From positions 310,001 to 374,000 of the forward strand of contig JBEUKZ010000032.1 of the NCBI GenBank assembly GCA_048128005.1: a DNA stretch of 64,000 nucleotides. Direction: 5' to 3'. This DNA is from Veleropilina oligotropha. Taxonomy: Eukaryota. Under the pieces are notes generated by a model. The model made no database searches. It was not told where the DNA came from and was given only the letters and a program-made list of their open reading frames with translations. The position numbers were made by a program, and so were the translations under genes. Of this stretch, positions 11,233-25,343 are shown in pieces (positions within the stretch are counted from its first letter, which is position 1; each line of letters starts with the position of its first letter).

Positions 11233-13610
11233 TTACCCTCGCCTCCAGAAGAGAGGCGAGGGTATTGCAATCGGTTTCGTATGTATGTATGTCTGTATGA
11301 CATTGTATGTATGTATGTCCATTCACATAACTCGAAAACCATTGATCCGATCAATTTGAAATTTTCACACAATATAGGGTATATCCGTGGCTCGGTCCTC
11401 TTCGAAGATGGTCTTGATTGGCATCCGGGCTCGGATTTTATGATGCAATATCCGGTTTACGGATTTTCGGCTGTAGCGTTAAAACACTTCGTCGCACAAA
11501 CTTCAAATTAGGCTCAAAATGTGCTTTAGATTACAGGACAATAACATGGTGAATTATATAGGATCTACTTCACCCAAGATGACTGCCAGGGGGATTGTAA
11601 ACTTTAAAAATTGGGGTCAATTTTTAACGTCGCCAAATTGAATTAAATTGTGTAAATTCGACATGAAAATCGTAGTCCTGATGTAATTATATTGCCATCA
11701 GCAAATGCAACAAAGGGCCGCAAATCGGTAACCACTGACCCCAGACACCTCAAATTTTAACAAGTGACAAAGTGAGATATCTACAACTCTTCTCGATATA
11801 GTTTGTGTTCGAGCGAATTTATAGCAATAATTTTTGTTCCGAAGTTTAAATCGTCGAGACATTGCAATATTTGTGATTGCTCTTTAAATGCTTTTAACGC
11901 CGTGATATAATTTACACCATTAAGCATGGTTACCATAATCTACCTTTCTTTAAAATTTCAGGTATATCGCTTCAGTAACTATTGAGTTTTGGCGAGTTAA
12001 GTATTGTCAGCTTCGGTAAAATTTGCAATACAAAAATCGAACATCAAGTACTGTAAAACCCTATATTTTAGCGTGCCTTTTATTTTCGCGAGTTTCGCGT
12101 ATCTAATTTTATCGCCAAAATAAAAGGCCGCGAAAAGGAACAAGTCTCTCTTTAAAGAGATAACTGATTAACTTTGGAATTAAAAATCGCTAATTTACAA
12201 GGCCGCTAATATACAGGGAGTTGAGAAATCGCTAAATTTTATGTCCGCTAAAATATAGGGGTTTACAGTATATATATAGCCTGCAATCGCAGCTATATTT
12301 AGACAAGTACGAATAGCGCAAACGGTTAAGGCGTCGTCGATTAATCTTTAGATCTGGGGTTCAAATTCCATTACTTCCAAATTTTTTAAATTTATATTTT
12401 GACTTATGTTTTGTTATTATTACTTGAATTTTGTTATGATTTGTCATCACATTTTTTGATTGTAATTCATGTTCAGAAATATTTAATTCTGACTTTCGCC
12501 GTCGTCTTCCTTGGCCCCGGGCGAGGGTTTGCAATCTCCTCTGATTGCCCTTGGTTATAGTTGTATTGCAATCGGTTCCGTATGTATGTATGTCCATTCG
12601 CCTAACTCGAAAACCATTGATCAGATTTACTTGAAATTTTCACACAAGAGAGGGTGTCTCCTTGGCTCGGTCCTCTTCGAAGATGGTCTGGATTGGCATC
12701 CGGGTCCGGATTTTATGATGCAATATCCGGTCTACAGATTTTCATCAGTAGCGTTAAAACACTTTGTCATACAAACTTCAAATTAGGCTCAAAATTTTCT
12801 TTAGATTACGGGACAATGACATGATGAATTATATAGGATCTACGTCACACAAGATGGCTGCCAGGGGGATTGTAAACTTTAAAAATTGGGGGTCAAGTTT
12901 TAATTTCACCAAATCGAATTAAATTGTGTAACTTCATAATGTAAATCGTAGTCATGATGAAATTATACTGACATCAGCAAAAATATTTCGAAAATAATGT
13001 GAACTTTATAAGCATTTTAGAAATCAACCAAATCAAAATGTAACAAAGGGCCGTCCAGACACTTCAAATTTTAACACGTGACAGAGTGAGACATTATCTA
13101 CAACTCTTCTCGATATACTTTGTGTGTTCGAGCGAATTTATAGCAATAATATTTGTTCCGAAGTTAAAATCATCGAGACGTTGCGATATTTGTGATTTCT
13201 CTTTAAATACTGCTAACGCCGTGATATACCGTAATCTACCTTTCTTTAAAATTTCACGTATATCTCTTCAGTAACTATTCAGTTATTGCGAGTTAAATAT
13301 TATCAGCTTCAGCGAAATTTGCAATACAAAAATCGAACACCAAGTATATATAGCCTACAATCGCAGCTATATTTAGATATCTACGAACAGCGCAAACGGT
13401 TAAGGTGTCGTCGATTAATCTTGAGGTCTGGGGTTCAAATCTCGCTACCTCCAATTTTTTTAAAGTTTTGTTATTATTACTTGAATTTTGTTATGATTTG
13501 TCATCACATTTTTATGATTGTAATTCATGTTCAGAAATATTTAATTCTGACTTTCGCCGTCATCTTCCTTGGCCCCGGGCTTGCAAGCTCCTCTGATTGT
13601 TCTTGCTGTA
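11233..13610. mobile_element. Two tandem copies of a ~1.1-kb HINE-like element; third copy at ~14298-16358
   Basis: Begins with the hairpin CCCTCGCCT..AGGCGAGGG and a (TATG)n microsatellite; ends GGCGAGGGTTTGCAATCTCCTCTGATTG; includes a tRNA-like segment. Confidence 0.75.
12051..12268. mobile_element. MITE with TA target-site duplication (Tc1/mariner type)
   Basis: TIRs CTGTAAAACCCTATATTTTAGCG and CGCTAAAATATAGGGGTTTACAG, with TA on both sides. The empty site is visible in the paralogous copy at ~13340. Confidence 0.9.
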
Positions 13611-14009
13611 TTTTAGAATCATAATCAAGAGTAATTTATATACAAGAAAAGACTCCTAAATTTGTGTTACATTGTAACTCCTGTATAAATTAGTGTTACA
13701 TTGTAGCTTCTGTATTTTTCTGTGATGCTATATTTTGCTTGTAATTGCCACTTACTGTAGCATTATAGTCACCTGGCAAAAATACATTTACTGGGTGAGA
13801 TTTAAAGAAAACATCATAAAAAGTGGTAATTGCTGACAACACAATGCTACTCGTATTCTTTTAGTATAAGTTATAATAGCAAGATGTTTTAAACAACTAA
13901 CCTGTGCAAGTAACTCAAAAGTAGATTCATGTTTTGTCTGATAGGTGACCAAATGACTATTGATGTTAGCACCATATAATTTGCAACAAAATGTGTATCT
14001 ACTTTGCAG

Positions 14010-14085
14010 AGCCCATGCTAGTTCCGGTGTTGGATGTCATGCTTCCAAAGATGTGGCTTTATCTGATCGGAAATATCATAACGCA
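14010..14085 (+). CDS. SLC35B4: SLC35B4 exon (EPMLVPVLDVMLPKMWLYLIGNIITQ)
   Basis: tgcag acceptor; followed by the U12-type donor GTATCCTTT; phases fit. Confidence 0.92.
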
Positions 14086-16525
14086 GTATCCTTTGACTTT
14101 TACGGCTATCCAATAATTTAGAGCACAAGATAGTTAACTATTTGTTATAAATTTGATGTCTACGGTAGTTTTCAAGCTGGATTATGATATCTGGGGTGAA
14201 ATATGATCCGGATTCACATTTTTTCATTTACCGTAATTTCACCAGCTCAAAGTCTATTAATAATGATATATGACGCAGCCTTAATAAAGTTAATTCATTA
14301 ACCTCGCCTCGAGAGGAGAGGCGAGGGTATTGCAATCGGCTCCGTATGTTTGTTTGTATGTCCATTCGCATTAATCAAAAACCATTGATCCAATTTACTT
14401 GAAATTTTTACACAAGGTGGGTTTCTCCCGGGCTCTGTCCTCCTCGAAGATGGTCCGGATTGTGACCTGGGTTCGGATTTTATGACGCAATATCTGGTTT
14501 ACAGGTTTTCGGCTGTAGCGTTAAAATGCTTCATCGTACAAACATCAAAATAGGCTCAAGATGTTCTTTGGATCAGGGGCCAATGACAACATGAATTATA
14601 TAGAATCTATCTCACACAAGATGGCCGCCAGGGGGATTTAAAATTTTAAAAATAGAGGGTCAATTTCGTCAAATCTAATTAAATTGTGTAAATTTGTTAT
14701 GCAAATCGTAGTCCTGATGGAATTATATTGATATCAGCAAAAATATTTAGAAAATAATGTGAAATGTGAACTTTATAAGCATTTTAGAAATCAACCAATG
14801 CAAATTGCAAATAAATGCCGTAAATATGTAACCACTGAATCCAGACACCTCAAATTTTACCAAGTGACAAAATGTGACATTATCTACAACTCTTATCGAT
14901 ATACTTTGTGTTTGAGCGAATTTATAGCAATAATGTTTGTTCCGAAGTCATCGAGACGTTGCGATATTTGTGATAGCTCTTTAAGTACTACTAACGCAGA
15001 TATATAATTTACACCATTAATCAAGGTTACCGTAATATATGTTTCTTAAATTTCAGGTATATCGCTTTAGTAACTATTGAGTTATTGCGAGTTAAGTATT
15101 GTCAACTTTGGCAAAATTTGCAAATACAAAAATGTAACACCAAATATAAATAGCCTAAATTAGCCGTAGTAATTCGACTGTGTGTATGGCGCAAATGGTT
15201 AAGGCGTTGGCAAAAGATCTAGAGGTCAGGCGTTCGATTCCAGTTGCCTCCAAAATAATTTTTTTATTTTAAATTTTGTTATTCCTTTTTTTCATAATTT
15301 GTGATTACATTTTATGATTGTAATTGTATTACGGGGATAGTATGGTTTAGGCATCGTTCAGCCGCCGCCGCAGAGATTTCTTGTGTGCACTCTACAGTGA
15401 AAGGTTATAATCCAATTTGATTCAAATTTGGCATGGACGTCAGTTATGAAGAGGACTTGCCACCTAACGATTTTCGTCGTTTTCAGATCCAAGATGGCTG
15501 CCATTTTGTTTGGAGAGATTTCCTGTGTGCGCCCTACAGTAAAAAGTTATTATCCGATTTGATTCATATTTGGCATACGCGTGTGTTATGATGAGTACAT
15601 GCCGCCTAAACATTTTTGTCGTTTTCGGATACAAGATGTTGGCCATTATGTGTGGCGAGATTTCTTGTGTGCGCTCTACAGTGAAAATTTATTATCCGAT
15701 TTGATTCATATTTGGTATGTGCTTTCGTTGTTACGAGGACATGCCGTCTAAATATTTTCGTCGTTTTTGGATCCAAGATGGCCGCCTTGGCGGCCAGTTT
15801 GCTTGATTAGATTACTTGTGCGCGCTCTACAGTGAAAAGTTATTTATTATCCAATTTGATTCAAATTTGGTATGCATGTTAGTTATGATGAGGACGCACC
15901 ACCTAACGATTTTTTGTCATTTATGGATCCAAGAAGGCCGCCACGGCAGCCATTTTATTTGAAGATATTTCTTGTGCCTGCTCTACAGTGAAAAGTTATT
16001 TTCCGATTTGATATGCACGTTAGTTGTGATGAGGACACGCCGCCTAACGATTTCCTTTTGTTTTCGGATCCAAGATGGCCGTCGCGGACATTTTATATGA
16101 AGATATTTCTTGTGCACGATCTACAGTGAATAGTTCTAATCTGATTTGATTCAAATTTGATATACATGTTTGGTATGATGAGGACGCGGCGCCTACTGAT
16201 TTTTGCTACCGTGGGAGGGGATACATCCCCTCGACTTGCTGGGTCGAGGATTTGCTAGTACATGTTTATAAATATTGATCGTAGACATTTCTGACTTTCA
16301 CCATCGTCTTCCTTGGCCCCGTGGCAAGGTTTGCAATCTCCTCGGATTGCTCTTGTTTATTTATGTGCTTAATTTTCTTTAAGTGAATAATTGGTATCAA
16401 GGTTTTGTAAACTTCATGTATTCATATTAACCTTGATGCTTTTCTGGCTTGGCTGTTTTGCATCTTGCTATCCTCATGTCATTATTGTTGAGCTCTTTAT
16501 TATGGTCCTTGATGGATGCCTCCAG
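14086..16525 (+). other. U12-type (minor spliceosome) GT-AG intron
   Basis: 5' splice site GTATCCTTT; branch site TCCTTGAT at 16506-16513, 12 nt before the end of the CAG acceptor; no polypyrimidine tract. Confidence 0.9.
14298..16358. mobile_element. Third copy of the 11233 HINE-like family, with a nested element (~15330-16260) of tandem units
   Basis: Same termini as the 11233 copy. Nested units repeat AGATTTCTTGTGTGCGCTCTACAGTGAAAAG...GATCCAAGATGGCCGCC. Confidence 0.7.
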
Positions 16526-16757
16526 ATATGTGTGCATCCGCGGCGTGTTCATCCTGACCACCGAGTGTACGTCGCTGACCGTGACTTTAGTGGTCACCCT
16601 GCGAAAGTTCACCAGCCTAGTCTTCTCCATCTTGTACTTTCAAAACCCATTCACTTTTTACCACTGGCTGGGATCAGTATGCATCTTCGGTGGAACTCTT
16701 GTATTTACAGAAGTTATTCCTTTTCGTTATTTTGATAAGAAAACAAAAGAGAAATAA
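16526..16757 (+). CDS. SLC35B4: SLC35B4 last coding exon (YVCIRGVFILTTECTSLTVTLVVTLRKF...KKTKEK*)
   Basis: Highly conserved SLC35B4 C-terminal segment ending in a dilysine (KxKxx) motif. Confidence 0.96.
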
Positions 16758-17559
16758 CTTGTATTCGAAGACAATCTCATGAACTCTGTGTCAGCTTTTC
16801 AGTTGGTTTGATGTGCAATGATTCATTTGATGTAACATACAATTTCTCCAACTGTGATTTTGTAATATGTATATCATTGATCATAACTTTAAATATACAT
16901 GTTGAAACCTATGACTCTTGTGCCAGTTTTGTGTATAATTTTATCCTCATTATTACATGATTACGTACCATTATCCTATAACAATCATCTTGACTGCGTT
17001 GATCTCGTCAATCAAGAAACTAATTAGTATGTAGCTTGATGACCATGCCGGAAACTACTGTATGGTCCTCGCAATGTACCGTGCTATCAGGAACCGTTTT
17101 TGATACGGCGATATCGCCAACATAATTAATAATGTTAATAAACAATAATTGTACAGATGGCAAAGATACGCCACAATGAGGGGTCGCACAACTGATAGCA
17201 CTGGCAATATTCAGAATCATTATTGATATTGTGAAATACGGAATTAATCGGACCCTATTAATCAAATCTTTTTGTTACATTTTTTCAAGGAATACTTCAA
17301 CTTATCTAAATTGTCAAAACTAAACAGGTAAGGGAAATAAATAAGTTTTATTATTGTGTTTGCATTTTAATATACATTACATCTGTTAAAATCATGATAT
17401 ATCGTGATGATATCGTCGGATATCGAGATACCACATGACACCAGCAATAACAGCTCGACCGGAAATGGATCGGCGCTCTAGGTAAAACCATCAGATAGAA
17501 TACAGATGATAAATCTGGGTTCATGCTACAATACAACTGAACGACAGCATGCTCGACTA

Positions 17560-18260
17560 TCAAAAGCTAGATCGATGAACTTTCAAGGCTGTAGTGTGAA
17601 CAGTTTGTGAGAAAAGGCCTTTCATGCAAAACATTAACCTGAATTATCTAAGTCGAAAAATGGAAATAATTTGGTAAAAATGAAGCTAGAGTTATGGCCC
17701 TTGTATTGCAAGTTCGCATAATGATGTGACAAGCGTATGAAGTTTCAAGGCTGTAGTGTGAACACTTTGTGAGAAAAGGCCCTTCATGCAAAATGTTAAC
17801 CTGAAGTTGACTTTGTGAGAAAAGACCCTTCATGCAAAACATTAACCTGAATTGTCTAAGTCGAAAAAGGGGAATAATTTGGTAAAATAACGAAGCCAGA
17901 TTTATTACGCCTGTAATGTAAGGTCGCATAATGACGTTGAACAAGTGTATGAAGTTTGAAAGGTGTAGTGTGAAAAATTTGTGAGAAAAGACCCTTCATG
18001 TAAAACATTAACCTGAATTGTCTAAGTCGAAAAAGGGGAATAATTTGGTAAAATAACGAAGCCAGAGTTATTACGCCTAATATGTAAGGTCGCATAATGA
18101 CATTGAACAAGTGTATGAAGTTTGAAAGTTGTAGTTTGAAAAATTTGTGAGAAAAGACCCTTCATGCAAAATGTTAACCTGAAGTTTGACGCCAACGCCG
18201 ACGCCGACGACAGGGTGACTGCAATAGCTCGTACTATTTTAGAATAGTCGAGCTAAAAAT
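17560..18260. mobile_element. HINE-like element with tandem core and (GACGCC)n microsatellite
   Basis: Repeated AAAGACCCTTCATGCAAAACATTAACCTGAA units, then GACGCC repeats, then the hairpin TAGCTCG(T)ACTATT..AATAGTCGAGCTA and AAAA. Confidence 0.7.
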
Positions 18261-18692
18261 GGTTATAATGTGGTCTTAAAACAAACTGATTGAAATGAAA
18301 GAACCACCAGCTTGGTTCCTAGTCAATACTACGCTTGAAAAATTGATGTACGTAGCCTAGCGTTACATTATTTGTTTCATAGCCTTATTATCCCCTGCAA
18401 AATAAAACTTGCGGGGATATTAAAATGCTGATGGTCTATCATACCTGTCAACATTTATTTTGGGTCTCGGGTAGATTTTGTTGTGAAAGTCATATTTTAT
18501 CGCGATATAACTATACATGTCGCAGAATAACATTTGTTATTGTTTGTGTGTACTTTTAATGTGGCTATGTGTATAATGTATTGTATACAGAATTAAATAT
18601 GAAATAAATTATATATTGTTTATTAATATACTTTTATCGATACGAGTCCTGGAATAAACTTTGTTTTTGTTTGTGTGTACTTCTAATATGAG

Positions 18693-18953
18693 GGCCGCTT
18701 CGGCAGCGCAGTGCGTAGAGTGTCCACTCTAAATTCACTGGCTTGATTCCGCTAATGCGAACAGTAGTGGGTTCAATACCTGGCTGAGGCATTGACATTT
18801 GTTCAAGTTATGAATCACAGTTGTCCACGACTGGCCGAAGAGGGCGGGTTTACCCGGGCGACCGGGGTTTCCTCCCGCGATAACACGGACATGTCCTGCC
18901 TTGAACCTCGATGTTGTAAATATACAGGACATTAAGCATCATTCCTCCCTCCC
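18693..18953 (+). mobile_element. tRNA-derived SINE
   Basis: A/B-box-like head, central CCGGGGTTTCCTCCC core, (CCT)-rich tail and 14-bp TSD ACTTCTAATATGAG. A second copy lies at 37063-37324. Confidence 0.88.
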
Positions 18954-19352
18954 ACTTCTAATATGAGTATGTATATTGTGCATTATACGGATATAATTAA
19001 ATATGAAAAAGTGTATATATACGATGCGAGCTTATTTCTAACTAGAATATAGAATTATATTTTGCAAATCGGTGAAACGTTTGATTCAGGTAGATTTAAC
19101 GATTTTGTTGATTCTGTCAGGTAGACAACCTCGCAATCAGGTAGTCTACCTGACATTCAGGTAGAGTTGACAGGTCTGGTCTATGCAAATTATCTTTTCT
19201 GGCATAAATCTAACCGCTCGACACATCTTTATGAAACTTGGTGTATTATTTTGTGGGTGAACTGGTGCTAATTTCAAATTGTGGTGTGATTATTGACGAA
19301 GTTTCTACCCTCCTTTTAAATTTGACTTTTCTAATTTCTCATTTGTCTTACC

Positions 19353-19484
19353 TCACTATTTTACAATGGCATATCTTATATGAAATCACTATTTTACAAT
19401 GGCATATCTTATATGAAATCACTATTTTACAATGGCATATCTTATATGAAATCACTATTTTACAATGGCATATCTTATATGAAA
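19353..19484. repeat. 33-bp tandem repeat, 4 copies
   Basis: Unit TCACTATTTTACAATGGCATATCTTATATGAAA. Confidence 0.95.
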
Positions 19485-21725
19485 ATTGTATTGAGTACCA
19501 CCATGTAGCAATTGCTAATGTTTCATTGCATTGATTATGCTTGTGACAATAATTAGTAATTATTACTTCAGTATAACAATTAATTTCACGGTTTACTGTA
19601 GCTTGGAATGAATTCCAAGCACTATATATATAACAAATCAAATGCAGTATATGAGGAACTGTTCGTGATAATGGATATATAGTTTTGATAAACTACAATC
19701 TCGTATCAGAATCGTTTTGCCTACATTAATATTATTTGTTGTGTTTAAGAAGTTTCTGTTTGTTATACAACAAATTCATTTGACAACATTGTTATTTCTT
19801 GTACATGTATTTGTTTTATATCAAATATTGAAGAAAATATATATGTTATTCGTATACAATTGTAATGCCTATGATCCATTGCCTGTTGATATATTTGTTG
19901 TAAATGGGGTATATTTGTTAAATCTTGATTCGGATGGTCTCTAGGTGGCCGATTTCCACTAAATTCACTGTCTCATTAGATTATGGTGTTTTGTAGAGAA
20001 GTGTGTACGAATCCTTCATGGCGTTAACACGATTTACGTCAATCCACTTTGTAATTATTATGCACCCACAAACAAAGTTTAGGGGACGCATATAGGAGTC
20101 AGCTTGTCCGTCCGTCGGGCGGTCTGTCGCAAATTCCATTAGAATCCGTTTCATATCTTGGACACTATTTGACCGAGGAACACGAAACTTGATGTGTGCA
20201 TGCATCATAACCCAAAGGTGTCGCGTTTCAAAAGTAGGTCACCGCGACCTACTTTTCACGCTTGACCACGGTCCAAAATTCCCTTCCGCTCCACATCTCC
20301 CATACTATTTGATCGAGGGACATGAAACTTCATGTGTGTATGCAACAGCCTGTTCCTGTTTCAAATGCTTTCGTGGGGTATGTGATCACTCCTGTACGTG
20401 ATAGCTCTAGTTAAAATCGCTGTCAAAGGTGCATTTATTGGTAATAATATTTTGACATATTGAATTATAGACCTTCAAAATATGTTTTATTGTGTTCAAT
20501 GCTTTAGGTCCTGTGTTTAGCAAGCTTCGGGTTTAGTCCATGGGCTAGGTACCGAGGTCCTGCAAATAATCCTCCGAGAGTGGTATCATTTTGTTCATGG
20601 GACTCATACGAATGAAAATAGACATGTTCCCATCAATTATTTTGGGCCGCGCTATGCATTATGGGCCATTTTCATAATGGCCGCCATCGAAAAATGACGA
20701 TTACAAGAAAAGCACATTATTTTGCTGTTATTCCATATAAAATGTTGCGTATTAGGGATTAATAATAAAGATACATGTTTAGAAGTGTTTATAAACATGT
20801 TTATATCAATTTGTTTGGGTTACGCTAGGCATTATGGGCAATTTTCAAAATGGCCACCATCGAAAAATGGAAGAGCACCATATTTTGCTGTTATCCTAAA
20901 TATAATGTTGTGTATTAGGGATTTATAATAATAATAAATGTTTAGAAGTATTTATAGACATGTTCACATCAATTTATTTAAAGGCTGCGCTATGCATTAT
21001 GGGCCATTTTCAAAATGGCCGCCAAGATCGACAAGTGAAGAATACAAGAAAAGCATCAAATGTTTTTTTATTCCATATCTAATATAAATTATTAGATATT
21101 TATAATAAATACAAATGCTTAATATTTAATGTCGACATATTCGCATCAATTTAATTATAGACTGTGCTGTGCATTATGGGATATTTTGAAAATACCAGAA
21201 AAGCACCATCTTTTGTCGTTATTCAAATTACAATGTTGAGTATTAGATATTTATGATAAAGAAAAATGTTTAGAGGGGTTTATATACATGGCGGCCTGTT
21301 TTAATGGGAGAATGCTAAAATTGCTGTTACCAGTGGTTTATAGTATTCTCTGACCTAATATATTTTCTGCACAAGTGCACAAAATTATGTATTAGATTTA
21401 TGCCCGTATCTAACTCAATAAATTACCTGGTGTGTGACATTTCATGCCTTGAGTATATACAAGCCTGTAATAATAATATCTGTTTCTATTGATCAGCACC
21501 ATCTGGAAAACAAATGCTTAGCTCTTCGGTAGTTCATATATTTATTATAAATACAGTAGCAGATTGTTAATTCTGATTCCTATTTTATAAATTAAAGCAA
21601 ATGTTGAAGAACATGATATGATTATCTTCTGTCTGGCAACAAAATAGACTGTGATGCCACACCAAATAAGTATTGTCCTAAATAGCTCAACGTAAATCCA
21701 TTGTTATACACGTAACCATTTGGTG

Positions 21726-22067
21726 TCAAGATACTTCTTCTACTGCATTGCTTTGGAGCTTAGAATTCAGTTCATACAATGTTGGTCCAGACCTAATGAT
21801 CTTGGCGCTTCCCATGCATTCATTGTCTTGATAGAACACAGCGAACTGTCCCAGCGTGAGTGCCCGAACTGGCTGAGAGAGCGAGACATTTAATCCCCCA
21901 TCATCACATAGAGTTGCAGTGCAATCGATCAAAGGCTGCTCATGCTGAAAACGAAAATGTAGATCAAACTCCTGATCTCTATCGAAACCTGGTTTCTGTT
22001 GAATCCAGTGAGCTCTGTCAGTAGTGAATGATTGGGAAAACAGAGCTGGATGCATGGTACCTTCTGC
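21726..22067 (-). CDS. TRMU: TRMU last coding exon (AEGTMHPALF...FRFQH...VRALTLGQFAVFYQDNECMGSAKI...*)
   Basis: ttgcag acceptor; MnmA C-terminal beta-barrel motif RA.T.GQFAVFY....C.GS..I. Confidence 0.95.
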   Translation of the reverse strand, partial: AEGTMHPALFSQSFTTDRAHWIQQKPGFDRDQEFDLHFRFQHEQPLIDCTATLCDDGGLNVSLSQPVRALTLGQFAVFYQDNECMGSAKIIRSGPTLYELNSKLQSNAVEEVS

Positions 22068-25000
22068 CTGCAAACAAATAGAGTAACGTTATGAGACAGA
22101 ACACCCCAAAACCATCTGAACTAAATATGCAAAATACTTTCAAGAATTTTCAAGACATTAACAACATTCAATAATCCCTGTTGAAACCATGGGGCACGAC
22201 ATCAGCAAGGCAAATTTTCCCAAATTTTAAAAATAAATCGTCATATCACAGTAAAAAATGCTTTCTTTTTTCTTAATATAAGAACAAGAGCTAAAGCTAG
22301 CAATGGCTCGCATGCGTGGGACTGCGCATCAATCACTTGTATTTCATGAGTATTGTGTCTACATTCAATAGTAGATGACATTGTCAATTTGAAATATTTC
22401 AATATTTCTACTCTAGGGTTAGATGACAATGAAATAGTGATATCTGACAAAAGAAGATGCCAAAGTATGCCTATTGTTGCATATATGGCATACTTGATAA
22501 ACTGTAACGAAAAATTTTAAGTCCAAAAGCAGCATTTTATGGTAAAATTTGAATTAAATTAGACTTATCACAGAAGTGATCATATGCCCCCACAAAAGCA
22601 CGACCCAGGAACAGGCTGTCGCAGTGACCTACTTTTGGTACCAGACAAACATTTGGGATATGAAGCATGCACACATCAAGTTTCATGTCCCTCGGTCAAA
22701 TAGTATGGGAGATATGGAGCGGAAGGGAATTTTGGACCGAATGCAGTCCAAACGCTGGTAAGCGTGAAAAGTAGGTCATGGTGACCTACTTTTGGTACGC
22801 GACGCCTTTTAGTCAAGATGCATGCACACCTCAAGCGTTTGACCCAGGAACAGGCTGTTGCATACACATATGAAGTTTCATGTCCCTCGATCAAATAGTA
22901 TGGGAGATAAGGAGCAGAAGGGAATTTTAGACTGAATGCGATAAAGTGTGAAAAGTAGGTCGCATTGACCTACTTTCAGTACGTGACACACCTGTTATGA
23001 CGCATACATACATGTGATAAACCCAAAATACCATTCCAGGATGTTGGGGTCAATATTCCAGAAGTATTTTTATCGGAGCATTTTATCGTCGATGTCGTCA
23101 TATATTTGAATAAAAAGGCATTTATAGAAATGAAATATTATTTTATTTATGCAATCAAAACAATACCATTAAATATATATATTAAACACCACAAAAAAAA
23201 AGAAAGAGTACGTTTCGGCATTTTGAATGAATATGTTCCAGAAACATTTTGTCTGTCATTTTATACATTTCCACCAGACTTTAGTTTTATTCATGCAATG
23301 GGTTCAAACGTACAGCTGACTAAAGTTGTGAAAATAATTTCTTTAAAACAGCTATATTTTTAGAATTAAACCTAAAAAAGCCGATTATCATTAATCCTCT
23401 TATATTTTTAAAATTTATTGCCGACAATCCCGATTACCTTTGCGGTTAGGCCTAATAGCTATGTGCTTTGCCGATAAACGCGAACTTGTAATCACTCGTG
23501 CTCCAAGCATGTCAGTTGCGCTAATCCCTATTATTTGGCAACTCTACTGAAACTCTCGATCAAACCGCCATTCTTACTAGTAATTAAACAATAGACGTTT
23601 TCATAGCATTAATCCCAATTAATTTACTTTATTAGCTCTATTGACATCTAATTCTTTGTGAAATACGGGCCTACATCAAATAGATCACAACGATGATTCG
23701 AAAATTATCTTCGTATTAAATAGTAGAAATTTAAATACCCAGTGCGAGATTATTTTGTAACGCAATATAAAGAGCTATATACAAGTCGGAATACACTCGT
23801 ATATTTCCGTAAGTTAAGTTCCCGAAATTACTGCGCGACAATTGCTATCAACACAAAAGCACGCTTCAATGTTTCAAAAAAAGAACACTGAGTGCTTGTG
23901 GTAAACGGCGTATCAAACGAATATTTTGACAAGAATCTTCACGCTCTATCGCGTTCTATCTACACAATTTATGTAGAGGTATATTGTTACAGCATCTACT
24001 GTATTTGACGAGTTGACGACTTATTAAACGAGTTCCGTTTACCGACTCCAACACTCTTGTTGATAAGAAATATTATTGCAAAAATAGCTTTGAGGGAGAA
24101 ATCAAGATATTCCGGTAGGAATTTGTCATTTCGGGAGATTTCTGTAATTTCGGGAGTAGGCCATTTTGGGGGTGCCGGTTTCCGCAGTATTTCACTCCCG
24201 GCTGGAGGTATCACATATATGTGCATACACCAATCATGTTTCGTGTCCCTCTGTCAAATAGTTTAGGAGATAAAGGGAATTTTGGACCAAATGCGGTCAA
24301 GTCCGAAAAGTAGGTCGCAGTGACATATTTTCGGTACGCGCCACACCTTTGGGTGATGACGCATACACACATCAAGTTTTATGTCCCTCAGTCAAATAGT
24401 ATGGGAGATATGGAGTTGAAGGGAATTTTGGATTAAGTGCAGTCAAACATGAAAAGTAGGTCGTGGTGACCTACCTTGTGGTTATGATGCATCCACACAA
24501 AGTTTCATGTCCTTAGGCGGAGATATGGAGCGGAAGGGAATTTGCAAAAGACCGACAGACAAGCTGACTCCTATATGCCCCCTAAACTTCGTTTGTGGAG
24601 CATAATAATGTTAAGCGACCTCAGATTGTCCAAATTTTTTAGTTCACTGGAGATATGAAATTACTGTAATTACTGTAATACCGGTTAATTTGCTACGTTA
24701 ATCAGTTGATAATATTGTGTAATTTAATAAGTGTCCCATAACATGTGGGTCACGCTTCTTCCACAACGGTAGTGGGCTCTCTTTGAAACAGTGAATATTA
24801 GCATGTCTAATGTGTCAAGTCGTAAATTCTAATCATTTCCTCCTATTTAATTTAGTTGTTATTCATTTCTGTAGCTTATGTTAATCATTGTTATAAAAAT
24901 AAATAAACTTAGTTTGTGGGGGCATAATGACGATTAAATATTAACTGACCTGTTTCAAAATTTGAAATTCCAGTTTTAATACTATTTATAATGGACTGTG

Positions 25001-25343
25001 TACAAATACATGATGAGTTGATGCCTGCTGCTAGTCCATTCCTAACAGACTCCATCAAGACTTGGGAAACTGACAGCATATTGGAAAATAATAATAATGG
25101 ATCCTTCTTGAATATATTGTGCCTTTCCATGGTGCTCAAAGCGCTACATCAATATTATTCCCTGGTTACCGGCCTGTTCTGTTCGAGATTCTATAGATCT
25201 CAACTCTCTATGAGAGTATTACATCCGAGCTGCCATTTATAAGCGCATCAGACTTGTCATTCTGACAATTTCCGTCATTGCCAACCAGGTATACCCACTT
25301 ACCTCTTAGATCAACTGGGTGAACCGAGGCACATATATGTGAA

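Noticed and set aside
12310..12380. tRNA-like sequences (also ~13385-13455, ~15185-15253 and the SINE heads)
   Set aside because: The stems are degenerate and they are embedded in repeats, so they are not supportable as functional tRNA genes.
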